From assembly GCA_965215505.1 (NCBI GenBank), contig OZ244065.1, positions 1,216,001-1,280,000 on the forward strand: a stretch of DNA of 64,000 nucleotides. The letters are read 5' to 3'. The position numbers were made by a program, and so were the translations under genes. The notes beneath the pieces were generated by a model. It had not been told where the DNA came from. It searched no databases and saw nothing but the letters and a program-made list of their open reading frames with translations. How positions within the stretch are numbered: position 1 is the stretch's first letter; every line of letters starts with the position of its first letter. The DNA is from Capsulimonadaceae bacterium (GTDB taxonomy: Bacteria; Armatimonadota; Armatimonadia; Armatimonadales; Capsulimonadaceae). Positions 37,108-47,018 of this stretch are shown here, in pieces.

Positions 37108-38328
37108 ATGCGCCCTCCGCTTCAAAACCCCACCCCGTCCCCACAGTCGCCGTCCCCGCAGTCGCCCACACGCCGCGCCGCCGTGCCGGCCCTGCTCCTG
37201 GTGATCCTCGCCGCCCTGGGATTCACCGCCTGGTCGTGGCACCAGAGCAGCCGCCCCGGCGCGGCCCACCTGCGGGCCGGGCAGGAGGCCGCCGCCGCGC
37301 ATCAGGACGCGGAGGCCGAGCGGGAGTGGCGTCAGGGGGTTCAAGAGGACCCTGCTTTCGTGGACGACCACGCGGAGCTTGGCGACCTGTATCTGCGCGA
37401 GCTGCGGTTCGAGGAGGCCGCCGCCGAGTACCGGGCGGCGGTGAAGCTCGCGCCGAATGACGGCACCCTCTTTCTGCGCCTCCACCACGCGGAGCTTGGG
37501 GCGCACGACCCGCAGGCCGCGCTGGAGGCGATCCGCCGCGCCTCCGACTTGCGGCCCGACGACCCCGATGCGGCGGGACTGTGCGGCCTGCTGGCCGCGC
37601 GGCTCCAGAACCGCCCGGTCGCGCTGACCGCCCTGCGCCGCGCGCACGCCCTGAAGCCCGCCGACAGCGACTATGCGCTCGAGCTGGCCCGGCAGGAGAT
37701 GGACAGCCTGGACATGGCCGGGGCCGAGCGGGACCTGGCGGCCTTCCTGAAGGGGAACCCGGACGACGGCGAGGCGAACCGCCTGATGGCATTGCTTTAC
37801 AAGCAGAAGCCGCCGACGCCGGGGAACATCCAGGCCGCGCTCGCCCTGGCGGGCCGCGCCCAGAAGTCCCTCCCGGACAGCCCGGACGTCTATTTGCTGC
37901 AAGGACAGCTCCGGCTGGCCGCCGGGGAGACGGGGGGGGCGCTGGCGGCGTTCCAGAAGGCCCGGAGCCTCAACCCGAACGCCGAGGAGATCCTGAGCGG
38001 CCTGGTGACCTGCTACACGCGCCTGCACGACACGGCCCGAGCGGCGGCCACGGCGGCCGAGCTGCAAACGCTGACGGCGCGGGCGGACCGGCTGGAACAC
38101 CTGAAGACGGCGGTCCAGCGCGACCCTTCCGACAACGCCGCCCGGCTGGAGCTGGCCGGAATGGAGGAAGAAAGCGGGGACTTCCCCGCCGCCGCCGGCG
38201 ACTATCTGGCGGCCGTGCGCCGCGCCCCGAACGACCCGAAGGCGCGGGCCGCCCTGGCCTCTTTTTACGCCCGGCACCGACGTCAGATCGTGCCCCGGAG
38301 CGTGCCTCAGAGCGCCGGGAGCGGCTGA
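37108..38328 (+). CDS. Membrane-anchored TPR protein (paralog of 33625)
   Basis: N-terminal TM; shares AExDLA.YLK..P.D and QKP.TP.N segments with 33625. Confidence 0.88.
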   Translation: MRPPLQNPTPSPQSPSPQSPTRRAAVPALLLVILAALGFTAWSWHQSSRPGAAHLRAGQEAAAAHQDAEAEREWRQGVQEDPAFVDDHAELGDLYLRELRFEEAAAEYRAAVKLAPNDGTLFLRLHHAELGAHDPQAALEAIRRASDLRPDDPDAAGLCGLLAARLQNRPVALTALRRAHALKPADSDYALELARQEMDSLDMAGAERDLAAFLKGNPDDGEANRLMALLYKQKPPTPGNIQAALALAGRAQKSLPDSPDVYLLQGQLRLAAGETGGALAAFQKARSLNPNAEEILSGLVTCYTRLHDTARAAATAAELQTLTARADRLEHLKTAVQRDPSDNAARLELAGMEEESGDFPAAAGDYLAAVRRAPNDPKARAALASFYARHRRQIVPRSVPQSAGSG

Positions 38329-38360
38329 ATCCTGGCCGCGCTCATTTTTTTATGAATCGC

Positions 38361-38389
38361 TTGACAAACCGCCCGAGACGTGCTATAGT
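38361..38389 (+). promoter_or_regulatory. Sigma70 promoter
   Basis: TTGACA-17-TATAGT with extended TG. Confidence 0.8.
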
Positions 38390-38459
38390 GTGACACGCCC
38401 GAAAAGACTAACCCAGCCAGGATAGCCGTAAGGGCAGTAACACAAAGGAGCAAATTAAG

Positions 38460-39293
38460 TTGCAGAAACGAAAAGGATTCACGCTCATCGAGTTGCTCGT
38501 CGTCATCGCCATTATCGCGATTCTCGCCGCCATTCTCTTCCCCGTCTTCCAGAAAGTCCGTGAGAACGCCCGCCGCACGACCTGCGCCTCCAACGAGAAG
38601 CAGATCGGCATCGCCTTCACGCAGTACATCCAGGATTCCGACGAGACGACGCCAGGCAGCACCCAATGGGGCTACGGCTGGGCCGAGAAGATCCAGCCGT
38701 TCATCAAGGCGAAGGCCGTGTTCCAGTGCCCCGACGACACCCACGCCGTCTCGGCCACGCCGATCTCGCCCTCGGTCAACCCGGACACGCCGATCTCCTA
38801 TGCCCTGAACGGTTTCATCCGGACGGGCTGCAACAACAACCTGTGCAATGGGGCAAACCTCTCGCAGTTCAACGGCCCTTCCAACACGGTCCTTTGCTTT
38901 GAGTCGGCCCACAACGGCCACAAGGCCGTCAACCAGTCCGGCGACATCAACGACCCGAGCTGGGATGCCCACACGACCGCTAAGGGCGTCGCCCTGGACG
39001 TCTGCTCGCACATCGGCTACGACTCCCAGGACGGCAACGACGCCCACCCGGCGATCGGTGACGTCTACCAGGGCATCAGCAACGAGTCCTGGCATGACAA
39101 GGACAACGGCTCCCTGAACTGGCTGGCGGTTGACGGTCATGTCAAGTATCTTAAGAAGGCCCAGGTCTCCGGCGCGATGCCGAACTCCGGCCCGAACGGC
39201 CCGAACACCTCCTACAACGGTATCGGAGACGGCGGCCGGACGGGTGCCAGCAGCCCTGGCCCCTATGTGATGACCTACAGCCTCTCCAAATAG
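38460..39293 (+). CDS. DUF1559 prepilin-type N-methylation protein
   Basis: TTG start after [17 protein letters not shown]...[10 protein letters not shown]. Confidence 0.93.
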   Translation: MQKRKGFTLIELLVVIAIIAILAAILFPVFQKVRENARRTTCASNEKQIGIAFTQYIQDSDETTPGSTQWGYGWAEKIQPFIKAKAVFQCPDDTHAVSATPISPSVNPDTPISYALNGFIRTGCNNNLCNGANLSQFNGPSNTVLCFESAHNGHKAVNQSGDINDPSWDAHTTAKGVALDVCSHIGYDSQDGNDAHPAIGDVYQGISNESWHDKDNGSLNWLAVDGHVKYLKKAQVSGAMPNSGPNGPNTSYNGIGDGGRTGASSPGPYVMTYSLSK

Positions 39294-39311
39294 AAGTATT
39301 CGGATGCTCTA

Positions 39312-39353
39312 AAGGCCGCCGGGGACAGTATCCTGTTCCCCGGCGGTCTTTTT
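39312..39353 (+). terminator. Intrinsic terminator
   Basis: GGCCGCCGGGGA...TCCCCGGCGGTC followed by T5. Confidence 0.75.
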
Positions 39354-39379
39354 CTGTGTTCAGGGAAACAGACCATTCT

Positions 39380-41194
39380 ATGCTCACTCGACGCCACTTT
39401 TTGCATGCGCTGGCCGGGGGTGCCTTGACGCTGGCCGGGTGCAAGACTAGGTCCGGCCCGCCGGGCGGTACGCCCGCCGTCGCCGTCACCACCGTCGTTG
39501 ACCCCAAGGCCGCCGCCGCCGCCCCCCTGCTGACCAGGCACCCCCTCCAGTTCACCGACGTCAGCGGCCCCGCCGGGCTGCACTGGGCCTACCGCAACGG
39601 GGCGACCGGGAAGCACCACATGATCGAGACGACCGGGGGGGGCGTCGCCTTCTTCGACTACAACAATGACGGGCTGCTGGACATCTTCGCCGTGCAGAGC
39701 GGCCCGGACCCCGGTGCCGGCCCGGCTGAGAAGGATTTCCCTACGCAGAGCGTGCTGTACCGCAACAACGGGGATGGCACATTCACCGACGTGACGCAAG
39801 GCTCCGGGCTGGGGGGCAACCTCGGGTATGGGCAGGGGGTCACGGTCGCCGACTATGACAACGACGGCTGGCAGGACCTCTACGTCACGGCCTACGGCGG
39901 CAATCACCTGTTCCGCAACAACCGCGACGGCACTTTCACGGACGTGACTGAGAAGGCTGGCGTCGCCGACCTCGCCGCCGAGCTGCCCTGGCCCCTCAGC
40001 GCCGCCTGGGGCGACTACGACAACGACGGGCGTCTGGACCTGTTCGTCTGCCACTACGCCCGCTGGTCCCTCGCCCTGGACAAGCCCTACGAGAACGCCA
40101 CCGGGAAGATGGCCTACGACCGGCCGCAGGTTTACCAGCCGAGCCAGGACCGGCTGTACCACAACAACGGCGACGGCACGTTCACGGACGTGACGCGGCG
40201 GGCGGGGCTGGACAAGCTCAAGGGCAAGAGCATGTCGGCGGTCTGGATGGACTATGACGAGGACGGGTGGCAGGACCTATTCGTCACCAACGATACCATG
40301 CCCAACTTCCTGCTCCACAATAACCGCGACGGGACGTTCACTGACCGGGCGATCCTGGCGGGCGTCGGGCTGGACGACCAGGGCCGGGCCGCCTCGGGCA
40401 TGGGGCTTGGCGTGGGCGACTACCGGAACGACGGGCGCGAAGACCTGTTCGTCGTCAACTTCGCGGGCCAGTCCAAGTCCGTCTTCCATAACCTGGGCGG
40501 CGGCGTCTTTGAAAGCGCTTCCTACCACTCCGGCATTCAGAGTACGAATCTCCAGTACCTCGGCTTCGGGCTGGAGTGCTTCGACTACGACCTCGACGGC
40601 TGGCAGGACCTGATCGTCGGCAATGGCCACGTCCTGGACCACATGGACGAGAGTACGGCCGGCTCGTCCTACGCCCAGAGCCAGCAGTTGTTCCACAACG
40701 GGCGCGACGGCACCTTCGCCGAAGACCTGCACTCCCTGGGCGACCTGGCCCGCCCCCGCGTCACGCGCGGCCTGGCCGTCGGCGACTTCGACAACGACGG
40801 CGACCAGGACGTGCTGATGGTCTCGCAGACCGGCCCCTTGCAGCTCTTCCGCAACGACGGCGGCAACCAGAACCGCTGGGTCACCCTGCGCCTCGAAGGC
40901 GTCCAGTGCAACCGGGACGCGCTGGGGGCGAAGGTGACGCTGCTGACGGACCAGGGGAAGCGGACGCAGTGGGTCCACGGCAGCTCCTCCTACTGCTCCC
41001 ACAGCGACACGCGGCTGACGTTCGGGCTTGGGGAGGCGGGGCGGGTGCTGTCGGGGGAAGTGCTGTGGCCTGGCGGCGGGGGGAAGGGAACCAGGACGCA
41101 GAGGTTCGGGATGCTGGCGGCGGGTGCCTTCTACTGGTTGCGTCAGGGCCAGGCCCCGGTCCCGGACCCGCGCGTCAAGACGAAGCGCGCCTGA
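39380..41194 (+). CDS. CRTAC1/ASPIC-UnbV family protein, Tat lipoprotein (paralog of 35226)
   Basis: MLTRRHFL...LAGC; FG-GAP repeats; UnbV domain. Confidence 0.92.
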   Translation: MLTRRHFLHALAGGALTLAGCKTRSGPPGGTPAVAVTTVVDPKAAAAAPLLTRHPLQFTDVSGPAGLHWAYRNGATGKHHMIETTGGGVAFFDYNNDGLLDIFAVQSGPDPGAGPAEKDFPTQSVLYRNNGDGTFTDVTQGSGLGGNLGYGQGVTVADYDNDGWQDLYVTAYGGNHLFRNNRDGTFTDVTEKAGVADLAAELPWPLSAAWGDYDNDGRLDLFVCHYARWSLALDKPYENATGKMAYDRPQVYQPSQDRLYHNNGDGTFTDVTRRAGLDKLKGKSMSAVWMDYDEDGWQDLFVTNDTMPNFLLHNNRDGTFTDRAILAGVGLDDQGRAASGMGLGVGDYRNDGREDLFVVNFAGQSKSVFHNLGGGVFESASYHSGIQSTNLQYLGFGLECFDYDLDGWQDLIVGNGHVLDHMDESTAGSSYAQSQQLFHNGRDGTFAEDLHSLGDLARPRVTRGLAVGDFDNDGDQDVLMVSQTGPLQLFRNDGGNQNRWVTLRLEGVQCNRDALGAKVTLLTDQGKRTQWVHGSSSYCSHSDTRLTFGLGEAGRVLSGEVLWPGGGGKGTRTQRFGMLAAGAFYWLRQGQAPVPDPRVKTKRA

Positions 41195-41215
41195 CGCGGC
41201 GTGGCCGGGGGCGGG

Positions 41216-42634
41216 TCACCGGGCGCGGGCCTCCAGCCGGAAGAACCATTGCAGGAAGGCCAGCAGCAGGCTGAGGCCGAAGGCCAGCCAGAGCAGCGGG
41301 TTCCACGGGCGCAGGAGGGCCGCCTTCGCCGACTCGTGGAGGCCTTCCGCGTAGTGATGGTCCTGGATCAGAGCCATCCCCAGGATTCCGTGCGGCAGGG
41401 GATAACGGGGATCGAGCCGGATCGCCTCCCGCAGCTCTGCGGCGGCCACGGCGAACTCCCCCACGTCGTCGAGGCAGTCGCCCAGGAAGCAGTGCGCCTT
41501 CGCCGAGTCGGGCCGGAGCCGGACGGCGGCGCGGTAGTGGATGACGGCCCACTGCTTCGCCCCGCGCGCCTCGAACGTCAGGCCCAGGTTGAACCGCGCG
41601 CCGAACGAGTCCGGGTTGATCGCGAGCGCCGCCTGGTATTCGCCGACCGCCTCCTCCAAGCGCCCGTCCTTCCGCAGCAAGTTGCCGAGGTTGAAGTGGG
41701 CCTTCTCGTCGTCCGGCGCGAGCCGCAGCGTCTCCCGCAGTTCCGCCTCCGCCTCTCCCGCTCGCCCGGCAGCCATGAGGAGCAGGGCCAGGTTGCGCCG
41801 CGCGATGCTCTGCGCGGGGGCGGTCCGGGCGGCCCGACGGTAGGAAGCGATGGCCGCCCGGCACCGCCCCTGTCTATCCAGGGCGACGCCCAGGTTGCAA
41901 TGGGCGTCGGCAAAGTCCGGGTCAAGCCGGACGGCCTGGCGGTAACACTCTTCCGCCTCATCGGGCCGCTTCGCCCTCAAGAAACAGCTTCCCAGATGGA
42001 AATAGGCTTCCGCAGACGCGGGATTCGAGGTCAGAAAACACTCATATTCTTTGGTCGCTTCTTCCCAACGCCCCAGCCGGCGGAAAACAGCGCCCAGGCT
42101 GAAATGCGGCTTGTCATAGCCCGGCCGGAGCCGCAGGCACTCGCGGTACTCCGCGATGGCCGCATCATAGTCTTTCATTCCCGCCAGGGCGAGGCCCAGA
42201 TTCATGTGCGCGTCTACGGCATCAGGCTGACGTCCGATGGCGATCCGGTAACGGGCGGCGGCAGCCTCCAGGTCCCCGCGCAGACGGAGGACATTCGCAT
42301 AGTTGAAGTTGGCTGAGAAGAGGAAGGGGGCGATCTCCAGCGCCTCCTGATACTCGGCGACGGCCTCCTCGATCAGCCCTTTCGCTTGCAGCATCAGTCC
42401 GAGGTTGTTGTGCGCCTTCGGGCTTTCCGGGTTCAGGCGCAATGCCTGCCGGTACTCCTCAATCACTTCATCGAACAGGCCCTTCTGCTGATAGACGAGG
42501 CCCAGGTCATAACGCGCCTGGGGGAAGCTCGGGTTGAGGCGCAGGGCCTCCTGATACTCCGAGATGCTGGCATCCAGCTCGCCGGCGCGGTGGAAGGCGA
42601 CGCCTTCCTGGAAATGCTGTAAACTCGTCTTCAT
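41216..42634 (-). CDS. TPR protein with C-terminal TM
   Basis: About 12 regular TPR units (AHxNLG); start MKTSLQHF after AAGG. Confidence 0.88.
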   Translation of the reverse strand: MKTSLQHFQEGVAFHRAGELDASISEYQEALRLNPSFPQARYDLGLVYQQKGLFDEVIEEYRQALRLNPESPKAHNNLGLMLQAKGLIEEAVAEYQEALEIAPFLFSANFNYANVLRLRGDLEAAAARYRIAIGRQPDAVDAHMNLGLALAGMKDYDAAIAEYRECLRLRPGYDKPHFSLGAVFRRLGRWEEATKEYECFLTSNPASAEAYFHLGSCFLRAKRPDEAEECYRQAVRLDPDFADAHCNLGVALDRQGRCRAAIASYRRAARTAPAQSIARRNLALLLMAAGRAGEAEAELRETLRLAPDDEKAHFNLGNLLRKDGRLEEAVGEYQAALAINPDSFGARFNLGLTFEARGAKQWAVIHYRAAVRLRPDSAKAHCFLGDCLDDVGEFAVAAAELREAIRLDPRYPLPHGILGMALIQDHHYAEGLHESAKAALLRPWNPLLWLAFGLSLLLAFLQWFFRLEARAR

Positions 42635-42644
42635 CCTTGCTGTC

Positions 42645-43481
42645 TCAGACACGCGGCGGCGGGAAAAGTTGCGAGGAACCCTCCAAAAGCATGGCCTCCG
42701 CCTGCGCCCAGAATGGGAGAGCCGTCTCGACGAACTCGCACGGGCGGCTGAACTGCATGGCGTGGGCGGAGCCGGACAGCCGCCGGAACTCGCCGCCCGG
42801 CAGGGCGGCGGCGAGGCGGCGGGCGAGCTGGTCGGGGATGATGCCGTCGCGCGCCCCGCGCAGGATGAGGCAGGGGGCGCGCACTTCGTCCCCGTGGCGC
42901 AGCGGCTCGTCCTCCAGCATCTTGCGGGTCGTCGCCGCGAAGCGCGCGAAGCCCATCTGCGCGAGCATCCGCACCAGGCGGAGGTTGTAGACCTGCGGCT
43001 CCTGGACGCCGTCGAGCAGCAGGCCGACGGCATACCGCCCCGCACTGACGTACTCCTCCCCCACAGTCGGCCCGAGCAGGACCAGGCCCCCCACCCGCTC
43101 GGGATGACGCCGGGCCACCGCGAGGGCGACCTGACAGCCCATGGAGTTCCCCGCCAGGTGGGCGCGCGCGACGCCCTGGGCGTCCATGAGGCGCGTCACC
43201 CAGTCCGCCAGGTCCGCCATCCCCAGGGCTTCGGGCGGGCCGGGCGAGCGGCCATAGCCGGGCATGTCCGGGATGAAAATGGGGACGGACAGACGCCGGC
43301 CCGCCAGCGCGTCGCGCGTCGGCAGCCAGGCCTCGGAGGAGCAGCCCAGGCCGTGCAGCAGGAGGACGGGCAGGCGCAGGGGCGGCGACTGAACGGAGGG
43401 CCGGGCGGGGTCAACGACGTGGCAGAACACGGGGCGCGCGTCCACGGTGAGAGTCTGGGGGCGCGTGGGTTCGGATGACAT
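42645..43481 (-). CDS. Alpha/beta hydrolase
   Basis: LLHGLG, PDMPGYG, GNSMG, GARD, SAH. Confidence 0.92.
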   Translation of the reverse strand: MSSEPTRPQTLTVDARPVFCHVVDPARPSVQSPPLRLPVLLLHGLGCSSEAWLPTRDALAGRRLSVPIFIPDMPGYGRSPGPPEALGMADLADWVTRLMDAQGVARAHLAGNSMGCQVALAVARRHPERVGGLVLLGPTVGEEYVSAGRYAVGLLLDGVQEPQVYNLRLVRMLAQMGFARFAATTRKMLEDEPLRHGDEVRAPCLILRGARDGIIPDQLARRLAAALPGGEFRRLSGSAHAMQFSRPCEFVETALPFWAQAEAMLLEGSSQLFPPPRV

Positions 43482-43490
43482 GTCCGGCCA

Positions 43491-44642
43491 TTATACCCCG
43501 CCGACGAGCAGGCGCGGGACGCGGGCGGTCAGGCCGGTGGTGACCTCGTGCGGGGTCGTCCGGAGGGCGGCGGCGAGGCCGCCTGCGGAGATCGTCTCGC
43601 CGCCGCCCGTCCCGATCAGAGTGGCGGCGTCGCCGGCTCGGACGCCGGGGATATGGCTGACGTCCACGACCGTCTGGTCCATGCAGACGCGGCCACAGAT
43701 GGGCGCGCGCCGGCCGTGGAGCAGGACATGGCCGATGCCCGAGAAGCGGCGCGGGTAGCCGTCGCCGTAGCCGACGCCCAGGGTGGCATAGACGCCGCCG
43801 CCGGGCGGGACGGTGTAGGTGCGGCCATAGGAGATGGTCGCGCCGCCGGGCAGGGGGCGGCAGAGGGTGACGCGGGCCTTGAGGGAGAGGACGGGGCGCA
43901 GGGGCATGTCCTCCGCCGTGAAGTCGTTTGGCGTCGGCTCGATGCCGTAGAGCAGGAGGCCGGGGCGGATCAGGCCGTGACGCATCGCGGGCGGCAGGCC
44001 CAGGGCGGCGGGCGAGTTCGCCGCGTGGATGAGGAGGCCGTCGGCGCGCGGCCCCAGGGCGTCCAGGAATGCGGCGAACAGGTCGTGCTGCACCAGGGCG
44101 TCGGCGTGGTCCTCGTCGGCGCTGGCGAAGTGGGTGGCGATGCCGGTCACGCGCAGGCCCGGCAGTCGGTCCAGATGGTCAAGGAAATCGCGGGCTTCGG
44201 CGGCCCGGACGCCCGCCCGGCCGATGCCGGTGTCCACGTCCAGGTGCGCGTCGGTGACGAGGCCAAGGTCCTGGGCGGACTCGGAGAGCGCCCGCGCCGT
44301 GTCCAGGCTGCTCAGGAGCGGCGTCAGGCGGTGGAGCGCGATGGCCGGGGCTTCTTCAGGGAAGGCGGGGCCGAGCAGGTAGATGGCGGCGTCGGGCGGC
44401 ACGAGGGCGCGCAGGGCCGCGCCTTCGGCGGGGGTCGCGACGCCGAAGTCGCGCAGGCCGAGGCCGGCGCAGAGGGGGGCGACCAGGGAGGTGTCGTGGC
44501 CATAGGCGTTCGCCTTGACCACGGCCATGAGGCGGGCGGGGCCGAACCGGCATCGCAGGAGGGCGACGTTGTGGGCGAGCGCGCCGCCGTCGATCTCGGC
44601 CCAGAGCCTCGGCGGGATCGGGGGCGCTGAGGCTGGAGTCAC
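43491..44642 (-). CDS. alr: Alanine racemase
   Basis: MAVVKANAYGH, VDTGIGRAG, RPGLLLYG, ISYG, GYGDG, GRVCMDQ; GTG start inferred. Confidence 0.95.
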   Translation of the reverse strand: MTPASAPPIPPRLWAEIDGGALAHNVALLRCRFGPARLMAVVKANAYGHDTSLVAPLCAGLGLRDFGVATPAEGAALRALVPPDAAIYLLGPAFPEEAPAIALHRLTPLLSSLDTARALSESAQDLGLVTDAHLDVDTGIGRAGVRAAEARDFLDHLDRLPGLRVTGIATHFASADEDHADALVQHDLFAAFLDALGPRADGLLIHAANSPAALGLPPAMRHGLIRPGLLLYGIEPTPNDFTAEDMPLRPVLSLKARVTLCRPLPGGATISYGRTYTVPPGGGVYATLGVGYGDGYPRRFSGIGHVLLHGRRAPICGRVCMDQTVVDVSHIPGVRAGDAATLIGTGGGETISAGGLAAALRTTPHEVTTGLTARVPRLLVGGV

Positions 44643-46141
44643 GGGCGGACCAGGGCGACCGGCCTGGGCGCCCCGGCCTCCGAAAGCTGGCGGCGGCTGC
44701 GCGCGGCCGACCGGTGGTAGGCGGCCGGGGCGAGCTGGCCCAGGGCGCGCTCGTAGCGGTCGCGCCGGCCATAGACGACGATCATGTTGGTCAGCTTGCG
44801 GCCCGGTTTTGCCAGCGTCGCGCCGTTGTAGTAAAAGCCCGTGCTGGTGCCGGCGTCCAGGTTCATTGCCTCGGCCGCGCCGAGCGCGCGCATCGCGCGG
44901 GCCAAGCGGCCCAGGGAGATCGGCTCGTGAGTCATGGCGAAGAAGAGGGTGTTGCCGCGCGTAATGCCCACGGCGATGCGCGAATTGGGCGCGAGCATGT
45001 GCCGGTCGCGGAACCGCTCGGAGGGCGGGTCGAGGACGACCCGGCCGTCGTGCAGGAGGCGCGGGCCGCAGGCGACGACAAAATCGTAGGGACTCCAGTC
45101 GTGGTGCCGGCCCCAGGTGCAGGTGACCATCTCGGCATGGTTGCCGGGCGTGATGCACAGGGCGGTGCCCATGCCGCCGAAGTGGACGAGGCTGCCGTCA
45201 ATGACGATGTCGCCGACGGGCTGCAAGTCGTTCAGCGAGAAGAAGGTGCCGGTGACGGCGACGTTCGGGTTGGCGCGCTCGATCATCTGCCGGAACGGCT
45301 CCGAGGTGCCGTTGCCGTGCTGGGCCATGACGGCGGAAACCTTGATGTTGGGGTCGTTCAGGTCTACGGAGATGACCTTGACGGGGACGCCGGCCGCGCC
45401 GGTCTGCCAGAACCGGATGTTCCTGCCGCCGCTGCCGTCGCCGTGCAGGGCGATCCAGTGCGCCCGTCCGGCCGCCAGGTGGGCGTTGCGCGCCGCCTGG
45501 ACGTTCTCGGCGTGGGCGCGGTAGGCGGCCAAGACTTTGGAAAGGTGTACGGCGCGCAGGGCCTGCCGCCGGGCAGTGTCGGCGCGGTCCGCCGCCTGCT
45601 TCCGGGCCAGACGCGCCTGCCGGATGGCCTGCTGTTGGGATGCCTCCGCCTGACGCGCGGCGGCTTGGGCCGCGAGGGTGCGGGCGCGCGCCGCCGACCG
45701 GGCCTGGGAGGCCGACCGCGCCGCCGACTGCTCCTCCGCGCGTGCGGCCAGACGCCCAGCACGGGCGTTCGTCCTCCTGACGGCAGGCTTGGCGGCGACG
45801 ACCGGTGCCTTGCCGTGATGGCGGCGTGCCGCTTTGGCTTGACGGGCCTGGGCGCGCTGGGCCTTTTTGGCTTGCTCCTGCATCACGGCGACCTTGGCAT
45901 CGTGCTTGCGCTGCCACAGCCGCTCATGGCGCTTCTCGGCGACGCGCTCGCCACGGGGGAGTGAGTGCAGCTTCGCCAGGTGTTCGCGCCAGGCTTTCTT
46001 CTCCTTCATCGCCAGCCGCCTTAGCTGCCGCGCCTGGGCCGCTTTTTCCGCCGAGGGGTGGTGCCGGTCGGTTCCGGCGGAGCCGGGGGAGACGGCACAG
46101 GCGAGAAGGACGAGCGCGAGAAGAATGGATAAGAGACGCAT
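44639..46141 (-). CDS. Exported phosphodiester glycosidase (NAGPA) family protein
   Basis: Signal peptide; long basic helical linker; GTFF, GPRLL, RIAVG, AMNLDAGTST. Confidence 0.85.
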   Translation of the reverse strand: MRLLSILLALVLLACAVSPGSAGTDRHHPSAEKAAQARQLRRLAMKEKKAWREHLAKLHSLPRGERVAEKRHERLWQRKHDAKVAVMQEQAKKAQRAQARQAKAARRHHGKAPVVAAKPAVRRTNARAGRLAARAEEQSAARSASQARSAARARTLAAQAAARQAEASQQQAIRQARLARKQAADRADTARRQALRAVHLSKVLAAYRAHAENVQAARNAHLAAGRAHWIALHGDGSGGRNIRFWQTGAAGVPVKVISVDLNDPNIKVSAVMAQHGNGTSEPFRQMIERANPNVAVTGTFFSLNDLQPVGDIVIDGSLVHFGGMGTALCITPGNHAEMVTCTWGRHHDWSPYDFVVACGPRLLHDGRVVLDPPSERFRDRHMLAPNSRIAVGITRGNTLFFAMTHEPISLGRLARAMRALGAAEAMNLDAGTSTGFYYNGATLAKPGRKLTNMIVVYGRRDRYERALGQLAPAAYHRSAARSRRQLSEAGAPRPVALVRP

Positions 46142-46276
46142 CGGAAAAGGGACCCTCGGGAGCGGTGCGGCGATGTAGCGGCGTTGTGTGGCGACGTACC
46201 GCGTTACGCCTATCATACCACAGTTACCGGGGGTTCATCAAGACGGGGGAGGCAATAAAGGTCAGGCGGGGGGACG

Positions 46277-46939
46277 TCAGGAGCCATGCAGCACGCGCCA
46301 TGCCGCTTCTAAAGCAGCGCGCAGATCGGCGGCGGCGCTCTGGGGGTCGGGGGCCTCGGTCACGGCTTGAGTGACGGCCACGCCGTCCGCGCCCGCCCGC
46401 AGGCAGTCGGCAACGTCGGCGGGGGTCTGGATGCCGCCGAAGGCGACCACGGGGATGTGGACGGCGTCCTTGATCTTCCGCATCAGGGCCAGGCCCTCGC
46501 CGGGGGCCTCGGCGTCGAAGGCCGGGCCGACCTGTACATAGTCCGCCCCGCCGCGCTCGGCGCGGGCCGCGCCGGTGACGGTGTGTGCGAACGAGCCGAC
46601 GGTTGCCTCGCCCGAGGGGCGCAGGAACCGGCGGGCATCGGCGGGCTTGTAGGCGCGCTCGGTCAGCAGGACGCCGTCCGCGCCGCACTTCTCGGCCAGC
46701 TCCAGGTCGCCCGTGACGATGAACTGTGCCTGTCCGGCCGTCATCTCGCGCAGGCGCAGGGCGACGGCATAGAGGCCCAGGTCGTCCACGGAGGCGTTGC
46801 GGACGCGGAGTTGGACGATGTTGACGCCGCCCGCCACGGCGGCTTCGACCAGGGAGAGCGGGTCGGCCTTGTCCGCGCGGGGCCTATAGAGCGCGCGCCC
46901 GGTCACGAGGGTCAGGCTGGGTTGAGGGATGGCTGTCAC
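46277..46939 (-). CDS. Thiamine-phosphate synthase (ThiE/TenI) family, divergent
   Basis: GVNIVQLR, GADGV, GADYVQVGP, PVVAFGGI, GADGVAV. Confidence 0.8.
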   Translation of the reverse strand: MTAIPQPSLTLVTGRALYRPRADKADPLSLVEAAVAGGVNIVQLRVRNASVDDLGLYAVALRLREMTAGQAQFIVTGDLELAEKCGADGVLLTERAYKPADARRFLRPSGEATVGSFAHTVTGAARAERGGADYVQVGPAFDAEAPGEGLALMRKIKDAVHIPVVAFGGIQTPADVADCLRAGADGVAVTQAVTEAPDPQSAAADLRAALEAAWRVLHGS

Positions 46940-47018
46940 ACTGACTATTTTACCCCGTTTTGATGCCCGATGCAAACACGCCACCGGAAGACGCGCGGGG
47001 CGCCATCCTTTCCTCGCA

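Noticed and set aside
36569-40902. Repeat pair as a DGR template/variable region
   Set aside because: Copies are identical with no adenine-specific differences, and there is no reverse transcriptase
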